A stretch of 64,000 nucleotides of DNA from assembly GCA_963693365.1 (NCBI GenBank), contig CAVNZM010000008.1, forward strand, positions 1,178,001-1,242,000, in the 5' to 3' direction. The notes under the pieces are model-generated. The model saw only the letters and a program-made list of their open reading frames with translations, was not told the DNA's origin and made no database searches. This stretch comes from Amoebidium appalachense (Eukaryota; Protista; Ichthyosporea). Positions 47,883 through 61,723 of this stretch are shown here, in pieces. The translations under genes and the position numbers were made by a program. Position 1 is the first letter of the stretch, and each line of letters starts with the position of its first letter.

Positions 47883-49805
47883 ATATGGGGAAACATAACA
47901 CCAACAGAATCAACCGGAACACCAAGATATTTGTATTCTGGAACTATAGGTACAGGTTTAGATGATAATGTAAATGTGTGTAAATTGTTAGCTATATCAG
48001 GTACAAGAACACCACATTTGTCTATGTTAAGGATCATAAGGTTTGCCTTGCACCACTCTGACACTACATCGAACAATCTTTGCAGGCGTCTAGGGGTACG
48101 GGCAAGGAGGGACAGATCATCAGCATAGAGAAGTGCAGGCGGAAAGTTATTAATAGGGTCATCGTTTTCGGCGTAAATCTTGACAGCCAAATCATCTATA
48201 AATAGGTTAAACAAAAAGGGGCTAAGCAATGAACCCTGCAAGAGACCTCTAGTACGAGCAAAACCATATGAAAGATGCCCATTAACCACAGCTCTACCAT
48301 AGGTTTGAGACAAGAGTGCTTCTAACAGAACACCAATGCAGTGTGGTACACCCCGTGCAGCAAGCTTTTCCCATAGGAGACCAGGGGAGACAGAATCGTA
48401 AGCAGTTTTCCAATCAATAAAGCCAACATATTGTGCACCAACTTGCATAGAATCGTGCAGTGCCATTATTTGAACATAACATGAATTGTTTTTACGAAAA
48501 GCGGATTGGCATGGGTGTATGTGAAGAATAGATTGAAACCTAGGGTGATGTGCAAATAACCTAAGTAAGCAAGCTTCAAAGAATCTACGAACAACCTGGG
48601 TTAGTGTAATGGGGCGAAAGTATGATATGGGGCCCTCAGAGTCCTTCTTAACTATGGGGATCACTAAGGTATCTAACCAAGATGACGGGACATGTCCACA
48701 TTTAACACACCAAGAAAAGAGAGAGCTTAACATGATAGTAAGATCAGGTTTAATAGCACGATCACTTTCCTTTTGTGGGTAGGAGGGAACAAGGATTTTA
48801 AGAAACCCAGCAGGGAGTCCATCAGGTCCACAAGACTTACTAGAGCTATAACTAGATATCACAGACCATATGGCATCGGGACTGAAAAAGGGGAGGATCG
48901 ATTCTATGGGGATAGATGGGTCTACAGGCCACACAATAGGTTTCTGAGCGGGGGTCCTATCTTTAAACAGTTCCGAGAAATACTTATCAGAGTCTATGAG
49001 GGGGTCTCCAGTGGTATCACCAATAATACGAGCAGGGGGGCCAAATCGATTCATACTAGCAAGCCGGCGCAAGCTTTCCTTTTGAGACAGGGGTTCACCT
49101 AGTCTAGCGGGAGTGGTGTTTGGTAACAAGAGAGCATCGGGATATTCCTTCCTACCACCGCCAGCATAATCACCGAGATCTATCAAATCATCAACAATAA
49201 AGTTAGTGCATGTATCTAGTACGAGATGTGAATCTGGCCTGGCTTGTGCAGATTCTAATAGGCGCATATATATAGGGTGTTTCGTAGCATAGCATACACA
49301 TACATCAACTCTACCCCACTGTGACTTAAGCTGGGATAGACGGAGGCGAAAGGTGGGAGGGGGAGGGGGGAGCAGATCAAGGGAGATCTTAGGTAGGAAA
49401 AGGATAGGAGAGTGGTCAGATGACCTAGAGAGGTTAGGAGGGAGAGAGAGTTTTGACATGGTTGATGGCACATATAACAGTGCACAACGGTAAAGTGTAT
49501 AAACGACGTGTCTTGAACATGCATCCACGTGTGCTACACGTGTGTGCGTGTGCGTGCGTGTGTGTGTTTGTGTCTGTGTGTGTGATCGTGTGCGTGTGCG
49601 TGTGTGTGCGTGTGCGTGTGCGTGTGTGTGTGAGCGCGCGCGAGCGCGCGCGCGTGTGTGTGGTGGTGGACGTGGGGGATCCGGAGCCTCAGGGGGGCCC
49701 TGTACGTATACATGTGCACGTGTACACGCGTCAAAGTGTATTTGCTTGTGCGGTGGCAGACGAAGTTTGAGTGGCTTTCTTTTTTTTTTTTCTTTTTTTT
49801 GGAGG

Positions 49806-49842
<37 letters not shown>

Positions 49843-49982
49843 ACATGTACAGTGACGTGTGCAGCTGTTTGTGTGAAGTTCAAGTGACTTGTGGGTGCGA
49901 ACGAGTATATGTAGGAATTTGAAATATTGGTGCGACTGTAATGTTGGTCCAAGTGTGTGGTGGTGGTGGTGGTGGTGGTGGT

Positions 49983-50026
<44 letters not shown>

Positions 50027-50057
50027 GGTGGATGGATGGGTGGGTGGGTGGGTGGGT

Positions 50058-50105
<48 letters not shown>

Positions 50106-50530
50106 TATCTTCTCCCAGGACATAACGTTTATTATACATGTTTATTGCACGGTATCATATAAAATATACAGCTATGCACAGGTAAAAATATTTCATCCAT
50201 GATTCTTTAATAAATGCTCTATGTACAAATTTTACACTTGTAACTACATTTATAATCTCAGTCCTTGTTTTATCCATGCTCAACAGTAACAATAGATTGT
50301 CAACTACCATTTATCCTACAATGCAATTACATCCTTCTACACTGGCATTCATTGCAATATATTTACCTTAAAAAATAAAAAACTTCACAAAAAAGATCAA
50401 TATGCAATCATGATTTAAAGCGAACAGTGATCTCAACCACACAGTGTTTTGTCCGCACTGCTTAGGAGCAACAACCTAAATTCTGCGTCCTAGTGTACAT
50501 GTGGCAAATTGAACATTCAAACTGGCCAAG

Positions 50531-50923
50531 TCAGTGTGAAGTGACACAAAGTTTAACCTGGTGCCAGCAAATGTGATTGGCTACTGACCCCCCCGGAACA
50601 ACAAACAAAAAAAGAGGCACACACACACGCACACGTCCACGTAAGAAGCGTGGTGCCTGCCCGTGTTGCCCTTCAGGTGTAGCCAACTGCCACCACCCAA
50701 CCGTGAGACGACACGAATACACTACACTACCACATTTTGGGTGGCTACCTTTGTACTTATAATCGGGAAAGGGGTCCGGTAACGAAAACTGAAGCTAAAA
50801 CAAGAGGAAGAAACGGTGCAGGGACCGCAAACGGGTGCTAAAAAACTATGGAAAAAAAATTCCTCCCCTCCTCTTCCCCCCCCCCCCCCCCCCCCCCCCC
50901 CCCTTTCCTCCCCCCCTCCAAAA

Positions 50924-50955
<32 letters not shown>

Positions 50956-52377
50956 AAAAAAAAAAAAAAAGGGAGAAAACGAAGAAAAGGAAGGGGTAGC
51001 CGCCACCCCACCTACCCAGGACAGACAGAAATAGCGCAGGAAGCCATTTTTAGCGGCCCCCAGTGCTCTGCGCCCTTCTCCTCACGTCCACCTGGGCCTC
51101 CCACACCTCCCCGTCCGACAGCACGGCATTGCCCCCCAGCACCAGATTACGTAACCTGGGCAGCTGGCGGTAGCACGGCATGACCTCCAGCCAATTGTCT
51201 TCCAGATCGAGGTGTGTCAGCTGCTGCAGCTGTTCCAGCCCTGCGTGCAGTTGACGTTAGAACTTTTTCAAGCAAATAGGTCAAAGATCGGGCGGCATCT
51301 CTCTCTCTCTCTTTCTCTCTCTCTGTCTCCCCCCCCCCCTCCCCCCCCCCCCCCCCTCCATCCCCCCCCCTCCCCCCCACCCCCCCCCCTCTTATCCTAC
51401 CCCAGGGCCACAACCACCGCGCACACACACACAGGCGCAGGTGTGCACACCACGCGTCACGTGCACGCACACACACATTTAATTAGTTATTGTTTGTTTG
51501 TTGGGGAAGGGGGGGAGAGGGAGGGGGGGGGAAGGGGATGGTTTGCACACCATCCAGTGAGCCTATCCTGTTGTCAGCTAGCTGCAGCGCTCTGAGGTCT
51601 GTGAGGGCTGCTAGCAGGGTAGGGCTCAGGGTGCGGACCAGATTCTCACTGGCCACCAGCATCTTTAAGCGCCTCAAAGGAGCTAGGCACTGCAGGCACC
51701 ATAGCCGGTTGCAAGACACATCCAGTGACGTCAGCTGCATCAGCCGTGAAACCACATCGGGTATTCGGTCCAACGCATTGCCTGCACACCGTATTGCCCT
51801 GTTAGTCTCACTACCGTATTGCCCCGTTAGTCTCACTACCACACCGTATTGCCCCGTTAGTCTCACTACCACACCGTATTGCTCCTCCTATGCACATGCA
51901 CAGGCAGCCGTCCAACATATGTACAGCCAGCGCTGACCTAATGACAAAGTGCCCCCCCTAAAAAAAAGCTCCCCCCAGCCCCCCTCTTTTTTTTTCTTTA
52001 GGGGGGGGGGGGGGGGGGGGGGGGAGGGGAGGAGGGATGGAGGGAGAAAGGGAGAGTCAGGAGGAAGGGAGGGGGAAGGGAAGACAGGAAGGGGAAGGGA
52101 GGGCAGGAGGGAGAGGAAAACGGAGGAAGAGAAACGGGGCGAGGGGAAGACGGATGGACGGAGGGGGAGAGAGCAAGCACTCACCGGCCAAGTCCAACTC
52201 ACGCAGCATGGGCAGTGACGTCAGCACCTCCAACTCCTCATGGGAGGCGGCAAGGAGGGTGCTGTGCACAAAGGCCAGCCTGAGGCCCACTAGTGACGTC
52301 ATAGATGACAGCCCAGCCAATGAGGTCAGGGGATTGCCGCTCAGGTCGAGGTGTTGCACCCGTGTCAGTTGCTGCAG

Positions 52378-52469
<92 letters not shown>

Positions 52470-53524
52470 GCGTAGGAGGAGGGCTGGGGAACGGGGGGGG
52501 GGGGGGGGGGGGGGGGGGACGGGGGGGAGAGATGCATTAGAACTCAGGATGACTTAAGGCAAACACACAACAAAACACGAATCAGAAAGCAAAGGAGTTA
52601 GGCATGGAAGCAAAGACACGATGGACAGAAAAACAGATATGAACAGCTAGGTAAGCCGCGGTTTCCTATGCCTCTCCAAAAAGCACCAGACTGAGTTTAG
52701 ACCTGTGGTAGCCTCTCTCATCTAGTCTGCAACTCATCCTTCTTTCAACGGCACTAGGCAAGCCTTGGGCCCCAAACCACAAGTTGTCACAACACCGACA
52801 AGCACGTGCAAGAGATCCAGGCCACACGTTTACAAGTCAATAGGGCGGACAGACACCCGACAGGTGGATAAGCAAAGGCATCAGCAGAGCTTTATCATTG
52901 AAATGAACTTGTCCTGGCGCTCGCGGGCAAGGCCGTCAAAGTGCAGCAGTCCCAAAAGAAAAGAAAAAATAAACCAAAAAAAAAAAAAACCTTGAAAACT
53001 CGTTCTGTATACAGACTATATCTATGATTGAGGCTCACAGTTTTACATAGACTGGATGTCATGTCAATGTCGTGTCCCGAAATGCCACGACATAGGCCTT
53101 GAAGAAATAGCCGTGGGGCGAGGAGGAAGAGGGGGGGAGGGGGGGGAGGGGGGGGGGGGGGGGGGGGGGGGGCTGAGCACACCTTTTGTTATTGATGTCA
53201 GCCTGTTGTTTGCCAGCTTAAGACTAGTCAGGCGGGGCAGTAGTAGTACCTCACACGGCACATCTTCCAGACACCCACGGAACAGATCAAGTTCGCTGAT
53301 ACACTGCAGATCCCATACCTCCCTGGGGGGAAAGGGGGGGGGAGGGGAGGGGGGGAGGGGGAGGGGGAAGGGGGGGGGGGGGGGGAGAAGGGGGAGGAGT
53401 TCAAGTACAGTATGCATCCATGACGGGGGAGAGAGGGGAGGGACGGGGGGGGGGGGGGGGGGGGAGTTAAAGTATAAGTATGCCTACACAAAACGGGGGG
53501 AGGGGAGGGGGATACACACCGGGT

Positions 53525-53556
<32 letters not shown>

Positions 53557-54161
53557 TGGCAGATGTAGGTGTGGTGAGTAGTATGTGTGGCATGTTTGTT
53601 GGGCAAGAGGTAGGCGGGTGGGGAAGACGACAGTCTAAAATCAACAGAGTAAAATGTACATTCTAATGGTGGATAATATAGACGGATGTGCAAAAAAAAC
53701 AATACTTGAGAGCAAGCAACATACATACATTGAGCCATTGGTGGATCTCTATCTGTGTGTGGGTATGGGTGTGTAGGGGGGGGGAGGGGAGGGGAGGGGT
53801 GGACAGCTCACTCTTGTGAAGTACAACGAACTACGCACAAGGAAGGCAAGGGGCGCGGAGTAAGGAAAAAAGAACGATGACGTGTGTGTGTGTTTTTGGG
53901 GGGAGAAGGGGGGGGGGGGTGGGGATTTGCCCACCCGGCATTTGTACTTTGAGAAATGGAGAGAGGAGGGCAGGGGGGAAGCTTGTAATGTGTTTTAGAG
54001 TATAAAGCACACAACCACAGTGGGCGAGGTCATGCTGGGTAGAGCCGGAGAGCAACAAAAAACTCAAAAACTCAAAAACTCAAAAACTCAAAAAAAAAAA
54101 AAAAAAAAAAAAGAGCGCACACAAAGAGCCTGTGTGTGTGTGTATGTGTGTGTGTGGGGTG

Positions 54162-54207
<46 letters not shown>

Positions 54208-54388
54208 ATAGCTACATGGAGATGTTTGGAGGGTCTGGGTTGATGAAGTAGAAGGCCATGCTGCAATGGGGGAGGGTGGCTGCTACTCTCTGCGCCTTGT
54301 CCAGACCCACGGCATAGATGGGTGTGGAAGGCCGGTACAGAGACACACACACACACATCTCCTTGCTGTGTGTGTGCGTGCGTGTGAC

Positions 54389-54440
<52 letters not shown>

Positions 54441-55864
54441 GTGCGTGCGTATGTGTGTGTGTGCGTGTGTGTGTGCGCGCAGTGGGGTGGCGGCAGCAGG
54501 GGAGGGGGGGTTGGTTGGTTAGAATGTGTTACGAAGTACAAAGAGAGAAAAGATTGTGTAGACTTTTGCGCACCCGCTGATCGGGGCCAAAATTTAGGCT
54601 AACGCCAAAAAAAAAAAAAAAAAAAAAAATAGGACTAATAAGCCTGCCATTTCACACAATATCTTTCACACCATCAAGCACCCGTATGGAACATTGGTCA
54701 CAGCCCTTACGTCCCCCCCCCCCCCCCCCCCGGCACATAACAAGCCCAAAATTTCGCACAATTTCTTCCACACCATCAAACACACGTATTGAATATTAGT
54801 CTCCACACTTCAACCCCCCCCCCCCCCCCCCCCCCCCACCCCCAAACCCAACCACCCTCTTCCCCTTAAAAACACACACACACACACACACACGCGTGTG
54901 TGCAGACACCCATGACTCGACCCCTGTTCTCCTACAGTAATGCCTCACACTGTGGTAGCTATCCACAAACATAAAGAGCACACAGAAACTGGGCAACATC
55001 CTCCCCCACCCCCCCTGTCATGTATAAGTGCAAACATTCAAAAACTGCTCATAATCGCTCAAAGAAAGCACACACACACAGGTAAAGACAAGAGAAAGAA
55101 GAAGGAATTTTTTTCCAGACAACCCAAAAACCACACCTGATTAGACGCAGACCCAACAGGTTCTGCAGTGGCAGCCTGTCCAGCACCAAAAATAGAATCT
55201 CCCGGGGAAGTTCCAGCAGGCTCCAGCGTCTTCTGGGCCCATCCACGACCTTCCACAGCCAATCATACATGTGATCCACACTCCTTATATGTAAAACGTC
55301 GTCTTGCCCACCAGTCTTTCCAGTTTGGCCCAATCGCCTGCTGGATCTCTGCCGCCTTTCCCTCCTGTCGACGCTATACCACACCTCCCTTTCCAAATTA
55401 CGTAAAGTTTCATCTTCCTCCTTCAGCGTGTGTGTCGGTAAAGACACCTGTCTTCCTTCTTCGTCGTATAACGCGTTGCATAATCCCTTGGCTGGGCCCA
55501 GACCCTCACAAAACCTCCGTACAAGCTGGTTGGCCACCAAGCCATGACCCACACATGTGCCGAGCACAGCATGCTTCCACTCTTCAACGGCACTGGTGCA
55601 AATGGAGGCAATACCCTTGTATCCGTCTTGCTCTGCTTTGCCTTCCCATGCATCTCGTCTGCCTATGTGTAGGGATATGCGAGACCGAGATGGTGTGTTT
55701 GTAGATGATACACTGAACGCATTCCCTCGTTCTGTGCTCTCCGACTCCAAAAAAGAAAAATGCTTCATTAAAGGTACTCGTGCTGGCAAGAAGCGTAGCA
55801 GGCTGGATAATCGACTAGGACCATTGTACCAGCCCGGTTCTCGTCTGTGCTGCGAGGTATACAT
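50531..55864 (-). CDS. F-box and leucine-rich-repeat protein, ~535 aa
   Basis: Exons 55864-55137, 54365-54216, 53322-53183, 52379-52185, 51781-51551, 51240-51156, 50686-~50635, tentative last exon 50557-50531; phases compatible. F-box [32 protein letters not shown] spans the first intron; LRRs include [66 protein letters not shown]. The 3' end is uncertain. Confidence 0.82.
51786..51882 (-). repeat. 25-30 bp tandem repeat (~3.3 copies) over the branch-point region of an LRR-gene intron
   Basis: accgtattgccccgttagtctcact(accac) repeated; each unit reads GACTAAC on the minus strand, just upstream of the acceptor at 51782-51783. Confidence 0.85.
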
Positions 55865-56847
55865 CGTGAAGGAACGTGCAGAAGAGCATTGCTAGGACCA
55901 ATGGATGACTTCTGGACGTGATTGTGTGATGGCTGTCTACCTTAATGTCTGTGGGGAATTTTATGAATTAGTAAGCTGCATCAAAATGGCGCTGCAACAA
56001 AATCTATGAAGCAACTTTTAAAGATAGAATAACCAAGGACATATGCACCATCTATGGGTTCCTTGGACTGTTATGCCCTCAGGTCAGATCTAGAGCAACA
56101 AGGGAGCATCATAGACCTTTTGAGTATATGCCTAAAGGGAAAAGAGCCCAGGACGCACTGTTAGAGTTCATTATAGAACTACCAGAGCTACAGGGCTCAG
56201 CCATAGGAATGGGGGAAAAGGGAAGGGAAGAGCTGTCTAGTGATTGCGAGCCAAAGAATTCTATCATGATGCCCAGCGTAATTATGTCCGTGTCACTTGG
56301 ACATGGCCAACGCAAGCCAACAGCTGCGAGATTTAACAGAGGGGAAAAAATATTAACGAGCACAGCGCACGGATATATCTGTTTGCGGTAAGAAACTTCG
56401 AAGAGCTCGCGTTTTCGTAATGCGCACGAGTTCGTTATGCCAATCGTCATTTGACAAGTTGCCATTCGAACCTCGTGCACAGGCATATGGTAAAAAACCT
56501 GTTGGGTCAGGACTCGGGATGTGTATAAAGTCGAGGTTGGGGTTTTCGCAGAGAGCCCGAGGCCTACCTTATATATTTTATCTTCGGGGTATATAGCAGA
56601 GTTTGCAAGTTTCTTCCCACATTCAATACTGGGCATGTCTTTTTCTGTCTAATGCTTGTTTTTCTCGTTTTCGAACGTTTACACCTTGTCGCTTTTTCAA
56701 AATAAAAGGGCTGAAGGGTGATGGACCAGTCAGATTCACAGGGCTGCTGGCACATTCCAATAGAGATTTAACTTTTTTTAGATCCGTTACAATTTATTTA
56801 AACTGTTAATTGGTGTATTAAGATTTAACCATTTAGATCGAGAGCAA

Positions 56848-56855
56848 TGACGTCA
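56848..56855. promoter_or_regulatory. CRE palindrome TGACGTCA in the divergent promoter region between the F-box/LRR gene and DCAF7
   Basis: Exact 8-mer in unique sequence between two head-to-head genes; function not demonstrated. Confidence 0.25.
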
Positions 56856-57865
56856 TTTTCGGCGGTTGTTTCTTTTGGCGCCCAACCACAAAAAGCGTCA
56901 CTCCTCAAGCTGCCCTTTACTCTTAGTTTCTGAGAAGTTGCAAGGGTGGCGCGGTTGCCTGCGTTGTCGTTTTTAGGTTCTCGTTTCATCCACTCTTTAT
57001 AAGGCGGCTTGTTTTTGATGTTATCAAATTTACGAAGTGGAAAAGCTGCTTTTGGATGTTGAATTCCGTGCCATTCGGGTGGTATCCTGTTACTGCCACG
57101 GCATCAGTTTTCACTTGCACCACACCGTACACACCACCAAGGAGGTGAACGCTTGACATTGGTGCAAATAGACCACTTATGTGAACAGCAGAATTAGTTT
57201 CCAGCTACAGTTAAGTAGAAGTCTTCTCGTACATAAACTTTCACCATCTTCATCTTGGATTTTGTGCAATAATACAGTTGCTCTTGACTGGCAAAGCACA
57301 GGCAAGCTAGAAAGAGTTGACCTCTCGGATCTAAGGATACGGCCTGCGCACAGCATGAGCTGCTGCTGATAAGGTGATCATTTTGGGCTGTGTGAAGCTT
57401 CTTCCCCGTGTTCATGCCTGCTATTTTTCGTCTTTTTTTTTTTTTTTTTTTTTTCGTAACGTCGCTTCTCATGGTCTCCCTTCACTTTCTCTCTTCTCGT
57501 TCTTCCTTTCATCTTGCACGTGTCGGCGTGCACTTGTGTGCTTGGGGTGCGTATTTCTTGTTTGTGTGGTCCTGGGGGAGGTAGTGTTGGTGCTCCGGTG
57601 GAGGGGGGGGGGGGGGGGGGGGAAGGGGAGGGGGGAGGAGGAGGGGGGGGGGGGGAGGGGGGGAGGAGGAGGAGGGTGGGGGGGGGGGGGGGGGGGGAGA
57701 GGGGAATTTTTCACTTATTGGGTATCGTTACCTATTTCCTCTCCTCCTGTCTCTTTTTTGGCGCATGAAACTGTAAGCCGAATAAGGTGGGGCAAACCGA
57801 GACAGGAGTGGCTTGAAGATTCAGAACACCTACGAGGAAAGGGATTGTGTGCATGGTGTGCTCGT

Positions 57866-57896
<31 letters not shown>

Positions 57897-58230
57897 ACGG
57901 ACGGCTGTTTCGTTGTTCAGAGCCGTGCGCTGTTCGGTAGGCGTTTGTATATCTCATGTTTTTATTTTTTACGGTTAACACTTCTTGTCACACTTACGTT
58001 CTTTTAGCGAAGAAATTCACCAAGCCTCCCCCCCCCCCCCCCCCTCCCCTTTCACACACATACCAGAAACAGGAGAAAGAAACAAAACCTATTTGCCACC
58101 CACCCATACACACACTCAACTGCAAGCACATGGACACACACACACACACACACAGAAAGAAACACAAGCAAAACGAAACCTTTTAAATCCAACTTGTGCC
58201 CATGCTCATCCCCTCCCTTCCAGTGGCGTG

Positions 58231-59082
58231 ATGGAAAGGCGGCGGCGCAAGGAGATCTACACGTATGCCTCCTCCTCCCCCCTCTACACTATCGGCTGGA
58301 GTGTGCGCCCAGGCCTGGAGGAACGCCTGGCTGTGGGTAGTTTCATCGAGGAATATGCAAACAAGGTGGGTGAATACGGTGTGAATACTACAACCTTAGT
58401 AGTAGTTTGATCGAGGAATATGCAAACAAGGTGGGTGAATACGGTTTGAATACTAGTTTCATCGAGGGATATGCAAACAAGGTGGGTGGATACGGTTTGA
58501 ATACTAGTTTCATCGAGGAATATGCAAACAAGGTGGGTGAATACGGTGTGAATACTAGTTTCATCGAGGAATATGCAAACAAGGTGGGTGGATACGGTGT
58601 GAATACTAGTTTCGCCGAGAAATATGCAAACAAGGTGGGTGGATACGGTGTGAATAGTAGTTTCATCGAGGAATATGCAAACAAGGTGGGTGGATACGGT
58701 GTGAATACTAGTTTCATCGAGGAATAGGCAAACAAGGTGGTGAATACGGTGTGAATACTATTTCCATTGAGGAGCATGCAAACAAGGTGGTCGGGAAGAC
58801 CGTGTGTTTCATGATTATGCAAACAAGGTGGGTGGGAATACGGTTTGAATACTAGTTTCATCGAGGAATATGCAAACCATGTACTAGTTTCATCGAGGAA
58901 TATGCAAACCAGGTGGGTGGAGCCTGATACAGTGTAGGCATTACTTTTTCATGTACGAACGTGAAAACAAGGAGGGTCTGATGGCCATGTGTTCACATGT
59001 ATATACAATCATATATTGGGAATAATCTTATGATATGCACTCATGTTACCGCTTAGCCTGTTTTTCGACCCTCCCCCTCCCC

Positions 59083-59122
<40 letters not shown>

Positions 59123-59654
59123 TCCCGCTCCCCCACCACAACCACAACCACAACCACAACCACAACCACCACCACCAAACACACACACACACACACACAA
59201 AAAAAACAATAAAAAAACAATAAAAAAAAACTAAACATAAAAAAATAGATAATAAAAGAATAGGGAAAATGGGAGAAAATATATATGTTGCATGTGTTTG
59301 AAAGTGCTGCCTCGCCTCACCCATCCGACACCACTGTGAAGGTGTGATGGGAGAGGGAGGAAATCCATTTTGCCTACTCTGATTTATCCGAATTTTTGCA
59401 CTCGAGTTTCTTGGTTCACACACTGTCATCATTCAATAATATCCACACCGACTTTTCTGCATTAGGCACCACACATACTCTTCCCCGTCTCCACAAAACA
59501 TATTCCTTTGGAAAACTAAGTATTCTCGTCCTATTCCGACACTATTCCTGCACAGGTTGAGATTATTCAGCTCAATGAGAGCAGGGATGAATATGTGCGC
59601 ACGGCCAGCTTCGAGCACCCATACCCCACCACCAAGATTATGTGGATGCCCGAT

Positions 59655-59692
<38 letters not shown>

Positions 59693-59808
59693 ATGTATGG
59701 TGGGGAAGGTGAGGTGCGGGACAGCTTGCAGGGGGAGGGTGGGCTTTGTGATTGGATGTGTTTAACAAATACATGGATGGATCCCCCACTACACACCTAC
59801 TGTGCCCA

Positions 59809-59843
<35 letters not shown>

Positions 59844-59949
59844 AAAAAGGGGGGGGAGAGGGGGGGGGGGGGGGGGGGCATACACATATTCCACTGCCAT
59901 TTTCTCCTGTATAAAACACGCGGACACATGGATGTAGGTCCTGGCAAAA

Positions 59950-60022
<73 letters not shown>

Positions 60023-60481
60023 CTGGGCCGGCACCCCGACCTGCTAGCCACATCCGGGGACTATCTGCGGCTGTGGGAAGTGCAGGAGGACGGCAGTGTC
60101 GCCTCAAAGTGTCTGCTTAACAGCGTAGGCTACAAACCCCCCCATGCGTACTTCGTACCGTGTTCCGCATTCAAACCCCCCCCCCCCCCCCCCTTTTTTT
60201 TTTTTCCATGTCTGCAATGTTTTTGTTTCATCGGAGTCTTCGTATTCCATACTGCATTAGCTCATATTATCCCCCCCCCCCCCCCCCCCAAACACACACA
60301 CACACACATACACACACACACATACTTGCACACACTCTTACACACGCACATAGTGCGCGCGCACGCACACACACGCACACAAACACAAACAAACACACAC
60401 ACACACACACACACATAAAAAACCAGCATGGCATGAATTTATGCACGAAGTTGTGCATTCCTTTTTTCAGGATGTTGTTAG

Positions 60482-60523
<42 letters not shown>

Positions 60524-60772
60524 CCCGGGCCCCATATTTAATGATATGCAATGCTGACGTCTCTCTCTCTCTTCCCCCCCCCCTTCGTCCCCTCCCCCCT
60601 TCTTCTCTTTCTCTTTCCCCCCTTCCCTCCTCCGTCCTTCCCCCCCCCCCCCCCCCCCCCTCCGCCCCTCCCCTCCCCCCTCCCCCCCCTCTTCCTCTCT
60701 CCCTCCCTCCCCTTCCTTCCCCCCTCCCCCCTCCTTCCCTCGCTCGCTTCCGCCACCTCACCACCACGCACA

Positions 60773-60849
<77 letters not shown>

Positions 60850-61295
60850 CAAGGACTCGGAGTACTGTGCGCCTTTGACCTCGTTCGACTGGAATGAGGG
60901 TGAGCCAGACCTGGTGGGCACCTCCAGTGTCGACACTACCTGCACCATCTGGCAGCTAGAGGTGTGTTGTGTTCCTGTTTTGTCCTATTTTGTTTGGTTG
61001 ATTGTTAAACGAACTATTTAGGACAATACTTCTTAAGCAGAGCTGAAGAAAGCCAAGGAGATGTGATAGATAATAGTGGTAGTTGGACCACATGTGTTTG
61101 GGCTCCTCCTCAACTCACCTAAGACAAACAGAGAAACAAATGGATTTTGTTTTCATTTCTGTGTAAAAATAACGGCAAATACAAGCAGGTCGTAGAAACC
61201 CGTCTTTACGAGATCTGAAACCACACCGTAACGGTATTTCTTTTGCCTCCAATTGTCTCCTTTTCCTTTCTTTCTTTCTATCTTCTTCTTCTCCT

Positions 61296-61341
<46 letters not shown>

Positions 61342-61675
61342 AGACACAACAGGTGCGCACACAGCTAATTGCACACGACAAGGAGGTGTACGACATTGCA
61401 TTTGCCCCCGGCAGCAACATATTTGTCAGTGTTGGGGCTGATGGGTCGGTACGGCAGTTTGACCTCAGGTGGGTGTGCACGGCCAAATAGAACATACATG
61501 CACAGGCACATGAATACACAAACGTGAACACACATGCACGCGCACCGAGGAACACATACATACTCACTTACTTACTGACTCCCCCACTCAGGTTCTCACA
61601 CTCGCTCACCCTTTCACTCGATCACACTTACACCTGAACCCACACGCACGGGCGTGGGAGCATACACATACCACG

Positions 61676-61723
<48 letters not shown>

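Larger units (their letters stand above)
43834..49530 (-). mobile_element. 5'-truncated non-LTR retrotransposon (LINE): end of APE endonuclease plus reverse transcriptase, interrupted by a DNA transposon
   Basis: ORF 49459-47883: SSDHSPI (APE C-terminal motif), KSCGPDGL, IPIVKK, FRPITL, QSAFRK, FIDWKTAYDSV, RGLLQGSLLSPFLFN, LYADD, LNIDKC, YKYLGV. Removing 44878-47886 rejoins the frame (..VMFPH-MVEKRVELARK..). Stop and frameshift near 44417/44403; ORF ends at 43834 next to a (CA)n run. Confidence 0.92.

Noticed and set aside
56109-56636. 175-aa minus-strand ORF and its antisense 87-aa ORF between the F-box gene and DCAF7
   Set aside because: No domain, no splice support and ambiguous strand; could be UTR or a repeat relic.
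58338-58920. CRISPR-like appearance of the 51-bp array (also the arrays at 3422 and 51786)
   Set aside because: Units are contiguous with no unique spacers, the context is eukaryotic with no cas genes, and the 51-bp unit derives from DCAF7 coding sequence.
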